From Alphaproteobacteria bacterium (GTDB lineage: Bacteria; Pseudomonadota; Alphaproteobacteria; CACIAM-22H2), in NCBI GenBank assembly GCA_035457725.1, contig DATIBC010000041.1, positions 260 through 64,259 on the forward strand: a stretch of 64,000 nt of DNA, in the 5' to 3' direction. A program made the position numbers and the translations under genes. Numbering within the stretch: the first letter of the stretch is position 1; every line of letters begins with the position of its first letter. Shown piece after piece: positions 17,964 through 27,632 of the stretch. The notes beneath the pieces are model-generated. The model was not told the origin of the DNA. It worked only from the letters and a program-made list of their open reading frames with translations, and made no database searches.

Positions 17964-18245
17964 ATGTCGGGCGTTTCGCCGCGCAATGTCCGCATTGGGC
18001 GCCGTCGAACCAGCATGCGGCTCGAGGCGGAATTCTGGTCCGCGCTCGCCGAGATGGCTGATCGCAAAGGCACGACGGCTGCGATGCTTTGCACCGAGAT
18101 TGCGCGTCGACGCGGTAACTACGGACTCAGCGCCGCGGTCCGCGTCGAAGTGCTGAATTTTTTCCGGAGCACCTTCCATGAATCGGCGCCGGTGCGTCCG
18201 CGCAAGCAAAAGACCGGGTCACGAATATCTTCGTCTAGAGCATGA
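17964..18245 (+). CDS. ribbon-helix-helix domain protein (RHH_4 family, often mis-annotated as aryl-sulfate sulfotransferase)
   Basis: SMRLEAEFWSALAEMA...LCTEIAR pattern. Start uncertain (17916, 17964 or 18015). Confidence 0.5.
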   Translation: MSGVSPRNVRIGRRRTSMRLEAEFWSALAEMADRKGTTAAMLCTEIARRRGNYGLSAAVRVEVLNFFRSTFHESAPVRPRKQKTGSRISSSRA

Positions 18246-18551
18246 CCCGCGTCAGCGTAATCATATCGTGCGCCCTCATGGTTTGTCCTTCGCCTCGCAC
18301 GCCCATCCTCATGGTGCGAGCCGCCTCATCGTGCGCGGTCGGCCTCTCCTTCGCCAGGCTCAAGATGAGGCCGGCCGTCGAAGGACGAAACATCGAGGAT
18401 GGACATGCGGCTCAGGATGCCGAGGCTCACCATGAAGACAAATTCATCAGTCCTCGCCCCGGCGCGACGCATGCCTCCCCCTCATCCCGAGCTTGTCGAG
18501 GGACGAAAGGCGAGGGCCAAGGCCGGCGATTCAACCTCGGCGGATCATATT

Positions 18552-19895
18552 CTAGGACGCCGCGTTTAGCGGCAGCGGCGTTCCGGCGTCTCCCTGGGCC
18601 GCTACCCCGGTCGGCGGCGGCATGACGCGCAACGCGACAATCTGATTGCGCTTGCGCCGCAGAATCTCGAACCGATATCCGTAAAAAGTGAACACCTGTC
18701 CGACCTCGGGAATCCGCCGCGCCTCGTGGAGGACCAACCCGGCGATGGTGGTCGCGTGCTGATCGGGCAAGCGCCAGTCGAGATCGCGATTGAGATCGCG
18801 GATTGCCACGTGCCCGTCGACGATATAGCTGCCGTCGGGCTGAGGCCGCACGCCTGGGGCTTGAAACTCGTGTCGCTCGGCGATTTCTCCAACGATTTCC
18901 TCAAGGATGTCCTCGAGCGTGACCACGCCCAGCAGCGCCCCGTATTCGTCGACGACAAGGGCAAAATGCTCCCGCCGGCGGCGAAACGCTTCGAGTTGAT
19001 CGAATAGCGTCGTCGATTCGGGGATGAACCATGGGCGCGCCGCGATCTCGACGATATTGATGGCGTCCGGATTCCCCTCCCGGATGCGCAGCGCCTGCAA
19101 TAGGGCCTTGGCATGCAGTACGCCGACGATGTTCTCCGGCTGCCCGCGCCACAACGGAATGCGGGTGTGCGGGCTCGCCAAAGCCTGCTCGAGTATCGCC
19201 GTCGGCTTCTGGTCGGCGTTGATCGAAAGCACGTTCTGCCGATGCACCATGATCTGCGCGACCTCGACCTCGGCAAGATCGAGAATCGAGCGCAACATCG
19301 CCCGTTCGCGCGGCGCGGCGCGGTCGGGGGCGACGTGCAATTCGATCGCGCCGCGTAGCTCCTCCACCGCGGCTTCGGGGTTGCGCTCGAGCCGGTGCAC
19401 GCCGATAAGGCGGAACAGGCTCCTGGCGATCGCCTGCGTTGCCATCGACACCGGCGCCAACATGCGCACGGCGACGTCGATCGCCGGCGCCAGCGCGAGG
19501 ACGACGCGCACCGGACGGTTGATGGCGAAGGTCTTGGGCATCACCTCGCCGAACAACACGACAAGCGCCGTCATGGCGATGGCCGAATATGCGATGCCGG
19601 CCTCGCCGAACAACTCGATCAGCGCGGCGGTGGCGAAGGCAGAGGCGACAATGTTGACGAAATTATTGCCGAGCAGGATCGCCGCCAGCACGACATCCAG
19701 CCGATCGCGCAGCTTGAGTGTGAGCTGCGCCCGCCGATTGCCCTTGCGCGCCAGCGCATGGAGCCGCGGTCGCGAGGCGGCGGTTAGCGCCGTTTCCGAG
19801 ATCGAGAACAGCGCCGACACGGCGAGCAAAAGGGCGATGACGGTCGCCGACAGCCAAACCGGTCCAGGGATTTGAAAACCGGCTTCCACTGTCAC
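18552..19895 (-). CDS. HlyC/CorC family transporter (DUF21-CBS-CorC_HlyC)
   Basis: N-terminal 4-TM DUF21, CBS pair, C-terminal CorC_HlyC transporter-associated domain. Confidence 0.8.
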   Translation of the reverse strand: MTVEAGFQIPGPVWLSATVIALLLAVSALFSISETALTAASRPRLHALARKGNRRAQLTLKLRDRLDVVLAAILLGNNFVNIVASAFATAALIELFGEAGIAYSAIAMTALVVLFGEVMPKTFAINRPVRVVLALAPAIDVAVRMLAPVSMATQAIARSLFRLIGVHRLERNPEAAVEELRGAIELHVAPDRAAPRERAMLRSILDLAEVEVAQIMVHRQNVLSINADQKPTAILEQALASPHTRIPLWRGQPENIVGVLHAKALLQALRIREGNPDAINIVEIAARPWFIPESTTLFDQLEAFRRRREHFALVVDEYGALLGVVTLEDILEEIVGEIAERHEFQAPGVRPQPDGSYIVDGHVAIRDLNRDLDWRLPDQHATTIAGLVLHEARRIPEVGQVFTFYGYRFEILRRKRNQIVALRVMPPPTGVAAQGDAGTPLPLNAAS

Positions 19896-19898
19896 GCC

Positions 19899-21587
19899 TC
19901 AAGCGGCCACGGCGTCGGCGAGAAGCGCGCGCAACGCGGCGGGATCGACATCGCGAGCGACGAAAGCCTCGCCGATCCCGCGCGCCAGGATGAATATGGC
20001 GGCGCCTCCCCGCGCTTTCTTGTCGTGCGCCATCGACGCGATCAGCGAATTGGCGTCCAGTCGGCCCAAATCGGCTCTCGCCAGCGCCGTTGGCAGCCCG
20101 ACCGCCTCGAGATGCCTGCGAACGCGTTCGGCGTCCCCGGTCGCGCACAGCCCTAGCCGCGCTGAAAGCTCGAACGCCAGCGTTATCCCGATCGCCACCG
20201 CCTCGCCATGCAGCAGCGCCTCGCCAAATCCGGTCGCTGCTTCGAGCGCATGGCCAAACGTATGGCCGAGATTGAGCAACGCCCGCCGACCAGCCTCGCG
20301 CTCGTCGGCGGCGACGATCCGCGCCTTGGCGCGGACTGAGCGCGCCACCGCGAAGGACTGCGCCGCCGAATCGCCGGCCAGCACGCGCGATCCGTTGGCT
20401 TCGAGCCAGGCAAAGAAATCGGCGTCGTCGATGAGTCCATACTTGACGATCTCGGCATAGCCAGCGCGAAGCTCGCGCGCAGATAGCGTCTTGAGCGCGT
20501 CGAGGTCGGCGACGACCATTCTCGGCTGGTGAAACGCGCCGACGAGATTCTTGCCATGGCGCGTGTTGATGCCCGTTTTGCCGCCGACCGAACTGTCGAC
20601 CTGGGCGAGCAGCGTCGTCGGTGCCTGGACATAATCGATTCCGCGCAGCACGAGACTCGCGGCGAATCCGGTGAGGTCGCCGACCACTCCGCCGCCGAGC
20701 GCCATCAGCATGGCGCCGCGATCGGGCTTCAAATCGAGGACGCGCTCGACCAGCGACTGGAGGTGAGCGAAGTCCTTGGCGCCCTCGCCCGGCGCCACTT
20801 CGATCAATTGCGCGGCGACGCCGGCGGCATCGAGCCCGAATTTGGCGCGCGGCCATTGCGTCCGCGCGACGTTGACGTCACTGACGACGATGAGCCGTCG
20901 TTCGCGCAGTAGCGGCAGAACGAGTTGGCCTACGCGGTCGAGCAATCCGGCGCCGATATGAACATCGTAACCGCGCGCCCCTAGCTCGACCCGCACTTGC
21001 GTTACGTTCTCGATCCTGGCCTCGCCGGCAAGATAGCGCCGCAGCGCCTCGGCGACGCGCTCGACGGTCGCCTCGGGCGGTCCATCGACACTTTCGACCC
21101 GAATATCGGCCTGCGCATATATGGGATTGCGCTCGGCCATCAATCGCGACAGAACTTCGCGCGGATCGCCCCGCTTCAGCAGCGGTCGGTTGTTTCGCCG
21201 CGCCACGCGACGCAACAGCAAATCGAGATCGGCGTCGAGCCACACCGAAATGCCGCGCGCCTTGATCTTGGCGCGCGTTTCCGGATCGATGAACGCGCCG
21301 CCGCCGGTCGAAAGCACCTGCGTTGGCGCGTCGAGGAGCCGTTGAACGATCTTTCGCTCGCCCTCGCGGAATGCTTGTTCGCCGAGCGTGTCGAAAATTT
21401 CTTCGACCGACCGGCCGGCCGCCGCCTCGATCTCGTGATCGGCGTCGGTGAATGGCACTCCCAGTCGCTGTGCCAGTCGCCGGCCGATCGCGCTCTTGCC
21501 GGCTCCCATCAGCCCGACGAAGACGATGGTGCGCGGAACGGCGGGCGCGACCGGATCGGCCGGCGTATCCGAATTAGATCGCGCCAT
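19899..21587 (-). CDS. aroKB: bifunctional shikimate kinase / 3-dehydroquinate synthase (AroK-AroB in a single ORF)
   Basis: N-terminal P-loop shikimate kinase (GLMGAGKSAIG). After ~190 aa the full AroB sequence follows with no intervening stop. Confidence 0.75.
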   Translation of the reverse strand: MARSNSDTPADPVAPAVPRTIVFVGLMGAGKSAIGRRLAQRLGVPFTDADHEIEAAAGRSVEEIFDTLGEQAFREGERKIVQRLLDAPTQVLSTGGGAFIDPETRAKIKARGISVWLDADLDLLLRRVARRNNRPLLKRGDPREVLSRLMAERNPIYAQADIRVESVDGPPEATVERVAEALRRYLAGEARIENVTQVRVELGARGYDVHIGAGLLDRVGQLVLPLLRERRLIVVSDVNVARTQWPRAKFGLDAAGVAAQLIEVAPGEGAKDFAHLQSLVERVLDLKPDRGAMLMALGGGVVGDLTGFAASLVLRGIDYVQAPTTLLAQVDSSVGGKTGINTRHGKNLVGAFHQPRMVVADLDALKTLSARELRAGYAEIVKYGLIDDADFFAWLEANGSRVLAGDSAAQSFAVARSVRAKARIVAADEREAGRRALLNLGHTFGHALEAATGFGEALLHGEAVAIGITLAFELSARLGLCATGDAERVRRHLEAVGLPTALARADLGRLDANSLIASMAHDKKARGGAAIFILARGIGEAFVARDVDPAALRALLADAVAA

Positions 21588-21920
21588 GCGTCAGCCGAAC
21601 AAGGCGGCGCGTCGCCTCGCGCGGCTCCGGCGTTGGCGCGTATGCGGCGCTGCGTGGACCGTGGATTGATCGTCTCGATGCGAGCCGATAGACTGCCTCA
21701 GAACTGCCATGTTTGAAATGTAACAGAATCTCACGCCCCTGTCGCGTCCGCTACTGGCATGAAAATGTTTCGTTTCTCCAGATTCTCGGGATCCAAAAGT
21801 TGACGCGACTTCTGGTGTTGATTATCGCGCTGGTCGTGGCCGTGGCGGTCGGTGGCGCGGCGTTTCTCGCCCTGACCGATATTCCTGCGCCGACCCAACG
21901 AATCGAAAAGGTGGTGCCGA

Positions 21921-23720
21921 GTGACAAGCTGCCGCGTTGATCGGCAGCGACGAAGGCTGAGACTCGGCGCCGTGCTGCTGGCGTCGTGGCTCGCCGCCAG
22001 CGCGGCTTCGGCGCAAGTCGGTCCGCCGATTCGCTTGACGCCGCCGCCGCGCAGCGATTCGCCAAGCGCCTCGCAGCCGGCGTCGCCGGAAAGCCCGCGC
22101 CCCGGCGCGATCGAGATCGAGCGCGCGCGCCCGGTCGATTTCGATGCGATCGGTCTCGGCGGCGCCGCGCGCGGCGGCTTACCGCAGGACCTATGGGAGC
22201 GCTCGGATCCGGCGACCATCGACCGTCTGCTCGGCGCGCTTCCGGGCGGCTTCACCTCGAAAGCGGCCCGCGACATTGCGCGGCGGCTGCTGGCAAGCGC
22301 CGCCTCCCCGCCGCGCGGCGCGGCGCCCGCGGCGCCCAGCGAGGGCGATCGCGCCAGCTTTGCGAGTCGGCGCGCCGAGCGCTTGATGGCGATCGGCGAA
22401 ATCGCCGCCGCCATCGACCTCGCGAAGGCGCTGCCTTCGCGGCTCGCCGATGAAGGCGCGGCACGCGTGCAGCTCGACGGACTATGGCTCGCTGGCGACA
22501 ACAACGCCGCCTGCGCGTTCGCGCGCGCCCAGGGCGCCCGTTACACCACGGCCTATTGGTTGAAGTCGGGCATTTTCTGCCAGATGCTCGCCGGCGATCG
22601 CGGCCGAGCCCAACTTGGCCTCAACTTGCTCCGCGAGCAAGGCCAGGAAGATCCGGCGTTCGTCAGGTTGGCGCTCGCCACCGGAACGACCGCACCGCAG
22701 TCGGTCGGTCCGATCAAGGATGTGTCTCCGCTGATGCTGGCGATGCTGCGCGCGACGCGTCATCCGTTGACCGTCGAGCTCACCCGTGGCGCCCCGGTCG
22801 CGATGCTGCCTTCGATCGCCGATAGCCAGGATACGCCGATCGACGTCAAGCTGGCGGCAGCCGAGCGGGCGCTTGCTTATGGCGTGATCGCGCCCGAACG
22901 GCTGGTCGCGCATTACGAATCCGTCGATCTCCGGCCCGGTCAGGTAGCCAACGCGGGCTCGTTCGCGGCAAGCGACAAAGGGCCGCGGGGCCGGGCTGCG
23001 CTTTATCGCTCGGCCAAGGAACAGACGCTCCCAGTCACGAAAGCCGAGGCGCTGCGTCGGCTGTGGTCCAGCGCGGCGACGCCCGAGGCGCGCGCCGCCT
23101 TGTGGCAGGTCGGCGCGCCTTTGGTCCGTGCGCTCAATCCTTCGGCCGAGCTCGCGTGGTTCGCTGACGACGCGGTGCGCGTGTTGCTGGTCTCTGGGGA
23201 CCTCGATGCGGCGCGCGTCTGGGCCGCCTCGAGCCACCTTGCGCCGGCCCCAACGCCTGGAGCGGCCGATGAACGCGCGCCGCTTTGGCCGGTGCAGCGC
23301 CTCGCCGGCGGCGATTCGCTCGCACCCTGGGAACCAGAACAGCTTGCGGCTTGGCGTCGGAGCAACGATCGAATCGCGCGCGAGACGGCGGAGGCGCGGC
23401 GAATCCTGCTGGCGACGCTGTTCGCGGCCCTCGGCGAACCGGCGGCGCCGCAACTTGTGCCGACCATAGACCCGGCTGGGCCGTCATCGCGCAAGACGGA
23501 AATGCCGGATCCGGCGCTGTGGCTGGCGATGCTGTCGGCGGCGTCGGACCGCCGCGCCGGCGAGTCGGCCATCGCGGCGCTGATTATCCTCGGCCCCGAC
23601 GGCGACGCCGACGGCAATCTCTATTCGTTGGGCGCGGCGCTCGCGGCGCTCAAGAACGCGGGGTTCGAACGCGAGGCCCGGGCGCTCGCGGTCGAGGCGG
23701 CCATCGCCGCGGGAATTTGA
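21921..23720 (+). CDS. hypothetical secreted protein, Ala/Arg/Leu-rich, possibly TPR-like
   Basis: GTG start, signal-peptide-like N-terminus (LLASWLAASAASAQ), 599 aa. Coding-like third-position GC. No recognised catalytic motif. Confidence 0.4.
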   Translation: MTSCRVDRQRRRLRLGAVLLASWLAASAASAQVGPPIRLTPPPRSDSPSASQPASPESPRPGAIEIERARPVDFDAIGLGGAARGGLPQDLWERSDPATIDRLLGALPGGFTSKAARDIARRLLASAASPPRGAAPAAPSEGDRASFASRRAERLMAIGEIAAAIDLAKALPSRLADEGAARVQLDGLWLAGDNNAACAFARAQGARYTTAYWLKSGIFCQMLAGDRGRAQLGLNLLREQGQEDPAFVRLALATGTTAPQSVGPIKDVSPLMLAMLRATRHPLTVELTRGAPVAMLPSIADSQDTPIDVKLAAAERALAYGVIAPERLVAHYESVDLRPGQVANAGSFAASDKGPRGRAALYRSAKEQTLPVTKAEALRRLWSSAATPEARAALWQVGAPLVRALNPSAELAWFADDAVRVLLVSGDLDAARVWAASSHLAPAPTPGAADERAPLWPVQRLAGGDSLAPWEPEQLAAWRRSNDRIARETAEARRILLATLFAALGEPAAPQLVPTIDPAGPSSRKTEMPDPALWLAMLSAASDRRAGESAIAALIILGPDGDADGNLYSLGAALAALKNAGFEREARALAVEAAIAAGI

Positions 23721-23722
23721 TC

Positions 23723-24679
23723 GTGGGCCGCCGCGGCCGGCCGCAATCGCACCCGCGTTCGCGCCACCTCGAAGCCTTCCTCGAAATGATGGCCGCCGAG
23801 CGGAATGCTGCGGCGAATACGAAGTCCGCCTACCGCAAGGATCTCGACGACTTCGCGGCTTTTCTCGCCCGACGCGGCCGCGCGATCCATGCCGCCGAAG
23901 CCGCCGATATGCGCGAGTATCTTGCTCGCTCGACCCGCGCCGGGCTTTCGCCGCGCACCATCGCGCGGCGTCTTTCGGCGCTTCGCCAATTTCACCGCTT
24001 CCTGGTCGGAGAAGCGATCCGCGGCGACGATCCGCTCGCCGCTATCGAAGGTCCTCGGCTCGGGCGACCGCTGCCCAAGCTCTTGAGCGAAATCGAAGTC
24101 GCGGCGCTGATCGCCGCGGCTAGCCGAAGCGCGCAGCCGGAGGACAAGCGCCTCCTGGCGATGCTCGAGATTCTTTATGCCGCGGGCCTGCGTGTTTCCG
24201 AATTGACGGCGCTCCGCCTTTCCAACCTGTCGCGCGATCGGCGGTTCATGACCATCCGCGGCAAAGGCGGGAAGGAGCGGCTGGCGCCGCTCAACGGCCC
24301 GGCGCGTGCGGCGATTCAAGCCTATCTCGCGGTGCGTTCGGCATTTCTAGCCGAGGGCGAGCAATCGCGCTTCCTTTTTCCTTCGCGCGGCGCCTCGGGC
24401 CATGTGACGCCGGCGCGCGTGGCGCAACTGCTGAAGCGACTGGCGATCGAAGCCGGCATCGACCCGCGCCGCATCTCCCCGCACGTACTCCGCCACGCCT
24501 TTGCGACGCATCTCATCGACCGCGGCGCCGATCTGCGCAGCGTGCAACAGATGCTTGGCCACGCCGACATTTCGACCACGCAGATTTATACCCATGTCGC
24601 CGGCGAGCGCTTGCGCAAATTGGTGAGCGAGCGCCATCCGTTGGCCAAACGCGGCGCGTCGGTACGCCGAGACCGCTAG
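23723..24679 (+). CDS. xerD: site-specific tyrosine recombinase XerD
   Basis: N-terminal SAM-like core-binding domain (LEAFLEMMAAERNAAANTKSAYRKDL). Catalytic RHxxR...Y (LRHAFATHL...TQIYTHV). GTG start just after the upstream stop; longer ORF rejected. Confidence 0.8.
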   Translation: MGRRGRPQSHPRSRHLEAFLEMMAAERNAAANTKSAYRKDLDDFAAFLARRGRAIHAAEAADMREYLARSTRAGLSPRTIARRLSALRQFHRFLVGEAIRGDDPLAAIEGPRLGRPLPKLLSEIEVAALIAAASRSAQPEDKRLLAMLEILYAAGLRVSELTALRLSNLSRDRRFMTIRGKGGKERLAPLNGPARAAIQAYLAVRSAFLAEGEQSRFLFPSRGASGHVTPARVAQLLKRLAIEAGIDPRRISPHVLRHAFATHLIDRGADLRSVQQMLGHADISTTQIYTHVAGERLRKLVSERHPLAKRGASVRRDR

Positions 24680-24795
24680 CGGCGGCGGCGGGACGCTCAT
24701 CGGACAACTTGCCCGGGGCCGGTCTCCCGGTCTAAACAACTCGATATCCTGTCCTCAATCATCCGTCTCGATCGGTAACCAGGAGCCACCCCGTC

Positions 24796-26565
24796 ATGGC
24801 CGTCCGCAGGAAGTCGTCACCCAAGACCAAGCGCCGAAAAATGGCCAAGCGGCAAGCGCCCGGTCCGACGGCGAAAAGACGCCGTTTGGCGCCGGACACG
24901 AAACGATCGACCAAGAAGACTGCCAAAAAAAGCGGCAGACGCGCCCTGCGCGCGGTGCTTGCGCTGCCTCAAGGGGTCGAGATTCGCGCTCCAGTCCACC
25001 CCGGGTACCGTATGGTCATGACCCCCGAGGCGATCGAATTTATCGTCGATCTCGAACGCAAGTTCGGCGCGACGCGGCGACGGCTCCAAGCCATGCTTCA
25101 AGCGCTGCAGGCCAAGCGCGACGCCGGCGCGATGCCGCATTTTCTCGCCGAGACCAACAATATTCGCGACGCCGATTGGACCGTGGCGCCGCTTCCCGAT
25201 GCATTGCTTGACCGGCGCGTCGAGATCACCGGCCCAGTCGACCGCAAGATGGTCATCAATGCGCTCAATTGCGGCGCCAACGTCTACATGGCCGATTTCG
25301 AAGACGCCACCACGCCGACTTGGGCGAATCTGATCGACGGGCAGATGAATCTGATTGACGCCGTCCGGCGCCGCATCACCTTCACCGATCCTTCGCGCCG
25401 GAAATCGTACAAGCTCGCCGACCAGACGGCGGTGTTATTCGTCCGGCCGCGCGGGTGGCATATGCCCGAGAAGCACGTCCTGGTCGACGGTCAGCCGATC
25501 GCCGGAGCGTTCTTCGATTTCGGCCTGTATTTCTTCCACAATGCTCGCGAGCTGGTGAAGCGCGGTTCCGGACCATTTTTCTATTTACCGAAACTCGAGA
25601 GCCACCTCGAGGCGCGGTTGTGGAACGACGTTTTCAATCGCGCCCAGGACCGGCTCGATATCAAGCGCGGCACGATCAAAGCGACCGTATTGATCGAGAC
25701 CCTGCCCGCCGCCTTCGAGATGGACGAAATTCTTTACGAGCTACGCCAGCATTCGGCGGGGCTCAATTGCGGACGCTGGGATTACATCTTTTCGTTTATC
25801 AAGAAGTTCCGCAACGACCCCGCCGCCGTAATGCCGGACCGCGCCAGCGTCACGATGGCGATACATTTCCTTTCATCCTACAGCCAGCTCCTGATCAAGA
25901 CGTGCCACCGCCGTAATGTTCACGCAATGGGCGGGATGGCCGCCCAGATACCAATCAAGGACGATCCGGTGGCCAACGAGCTGGCGTTGACCAAGGTGCG
26001 CGCCGACAAGGAGCGCGAGGCCAACAATGGTCACGACGGAACATGGGTCGCCCATCCTGCCCTGGTGCCTGTGGCGAAGGAGGTGTTCGATCGGCTGATG
26101 CCGGGACCCAACCAGATCGCGCGTAAGCGGGAAGACGTCCACGTCACGGCCGCCGATCTGCTGCAAGTTCCCAAGGGCGCCATCACCGAAGGCGGTCTCC
26201 GCCAGAACATCAATGTCGGCATCGGCTATCTCGAGGCGTGGCTTCGCGGGACCGGTTGCGTTCCGCTCTACAACTTGATGGAGGACGCGGCGACGGCCGA
26301 GATCTCGCGCACCCAGGTATGGCAATGCATTCGACACGCGGCGAAACTCGACGACGGCCGCACCGTCGACGTCGAACTTTGCCGTTCGATTCTCGAAGAG
26401 GAGCTCGACAAGATTAAGGCGATGATCGGCGCCACGCGTTATGGCAAAAGCCGCTACAAGCAGGCGGCGGCGCTGTTCACCGCCTTGATCGAGGCCGAGC
26501 ACTGCCCCGATTTCCTCACCCTTCCCGCCTATGATTGGGTCATCGCCAACGAGGCCCGGATTTGA
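24796..26565 (+). CDS. aceB: malate synthase A
   Basis: Near-colinear match to AceB blocks (IRDADW, RRVEITGPV.RKMVINALN, GSGP.FYLPK, NCGRWDYIFS, NNGHDGTWVAHP, LMEDAATAEISR). The first ~70 aa are Lys/Arg-rich with lower GC; the true start may be the internal ATG at ~25012. Confidence 0.85.
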   Translation: MAVRRKSSPKTKRRKMAKRQAPGPTAKRRRLAPDTKRSTKKTAKKSGRRALRAVLALPQGVEIRAPVHPGYRMVMTPEAIEFIVDLERKFGATRRRLQAMLQALQAKRDAGAMPHFLAETNNIRDADWTVAPLPDALLDRRVEITGPVDRKMVINALNCGANVYMADFEDATTPTWANLIDGQMNLIDAVRRRITFTDPSRRKSYKLADQTAVLFVRPRGWHMPEKHVLVDGQPIAGAFFDFGLYFFHNARELVKRGSGPFFYLPKLESHLEARLWNDVFNRAQDRLDIKRGTIKATVLIETLPAAFEMDEILYELRQHSAGLNCGRWDYIFSFIKKFRNDPAAVMPDRASVTMAIHFLSSYSQLLIKTCHRRNVHAMGGMAAQIPIKDDPVANELALTKVRADKEREANNGHDGTWVAHPALVPVAKEVFDRLMPGPNQIARKREDVHVTAADLLQVPKGAITEGGLRQNINVGIGYLEAWLRGTGCVPLYNLMEDAATAEISRTQVWQCIRHAAKLDDGRTVDVELCRSILEEELDKIKAMIGATRYGKSRYKQAAALFTALIEAEHCPDFLTLPAYDWVIANEARI

Positions 26566-27545
26566 GCTTCACCGTCATCGAGCAGCAACGGCCGCGGCTC
26601 AATCGCAGCGAGCTCGCGGTTCCCGGTAGCCAGCCGCAGCTTTTCGAGAAAGCGGCGCGGTCGGCGGCCGATATCGTGTTCCTCGATCTCGAAGACGCAG
26701 TGGCTCCCGACGACAAGGAGCGCGCGCGCCAAAACGTTATCGCCGCGCTCAACGATATCGACTGGTCCGGCCGGGCGATATCGGTGCGAATCAACGGTCT
26801 CGATACCCACTATATGTATCGCGATGTCATCGAAGTCGTCGAGCAAGCGGGGGCGCGGCTCGATTTGATGATGATCCCGAAGGTTGGCACGGCAGCCGAT
26901 GTCTACGCGCTCGACATGCTGGTGTCGCAGATCGAGCAGGCCAAGGGTTATCGCCGGAAGATAGGCTTCGAGCTGATCATCGAGACCGCGCAGGGCCTGG
27001 CCAATGTCGAGGATATCGCGCGAGCGAGCCGACGCATCGAATCCCTCCACTTCGGTGTCGCCGACTTCGCCGCCTCGACGCGCGCCCGGACGACCAACAT
27101 CGGCGGCGCCAATCGCGACTACGTCGTGCTCGGCGATCCCGACGCCGCGGGCCGGCGCGAAACCTATTGGGCCGATGTCTGGCACTACGCGCTTGCCCGC
27201 ATCGTCGTCGCTGCGCGGGCGGCGGGCGTGCGTCCGCTCGATGGGCCGTTCGGCGATTTCAACGACGACGCCGGATTCAACGCCGCGGCGTCGCGCGCTG
27301 CGGCGCTCGGGTGCGAAGGAAAGTGGGCGATCCACCCAAACCAGATCGCGCTCGCCAACGCCGCGTTCACGCCGTCGGAAGGCGAAATCGCCAAGGCGCA
27401 CCGCATCCTCGCGGCGATGGAGGAAGCGCAACGTTCCGGCAAGGGCGCCGTGGCGCTCGACGGCCGGCTTATCGACATCGCTTCGATCCGACAGGCCGAA
27501 GCGCTGGTCAAGAAAGCCGAGCAGATCAAGGTGCGCGGTGCCTGA
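26535..27545 (+). CDS. mcl: HpcH/HpaI-CitE family acyl-CoA lyase, malyl-CoA / beta-methylmalyl-CoA lyase-like
   Basis: CitE-family blocks resembling Mcl1 (RINGLDT, MIPKVG.AADVYA, GPFGDFND.GF, GKWAIHPNQ). Possible TTG start at 26562 overlapping the aceB stop. Confidence 0.65.
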   Translation: MGHRQRGPDLSFTVIEQQRPRLNRSELAVPGSQPQLFEKAARSAADIVFLDLEDAVAPDDKERARQNVIAALNDIDWSGRAISVRINGLDTHYMYRDVIEVVEQAGARLDLMMIPKVGTAADVYALDMLVSQIEQAKGYRRKIGFELIIETAQGLANVEDIARASRRIESLHFGVADFAASTRARTTNIGGANRDYVVLGDPDAAGRRETYWADVWHYALARIVVAARAAGVRPLDGPFGDFNDDAGFNAAASRAAALGCEGKWAIHPNQIALANAAFTPSEGEIAKAHRILAAMEEAQRSGKGAVALDGRLIDIASIRQAEALVKKAEQIKVRGA

Positions 27546-27632
27546 GCGCCCACGACGCGCGGTTTTCTCCCATCGCGTGGACTTCTGGCGCCGAGCGATC
27601 GTACCTTTACCGTCGAAGCACCTCCAAGGCGT

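Noticed and set aside
23723-24679. XerD as a mobile-element integrase
   Set aside because: The sequence has the SAM-like N-domain and the synteny of the chromosomal dif-site recombinase XerD. I found no flanking repeats, phage or IS genes, so it is not called a mobile element.
26535-26561. Alternative: Mcl-like gene starting at TTG 26562 instead of ATG 26535
   Set aside because: Both are possible. The TTG gives an MSF... N-terminus typical of malyl-CoA lyases, but the ATG is the conservative call. It is noted in the evidence rather than given as a separate feature.
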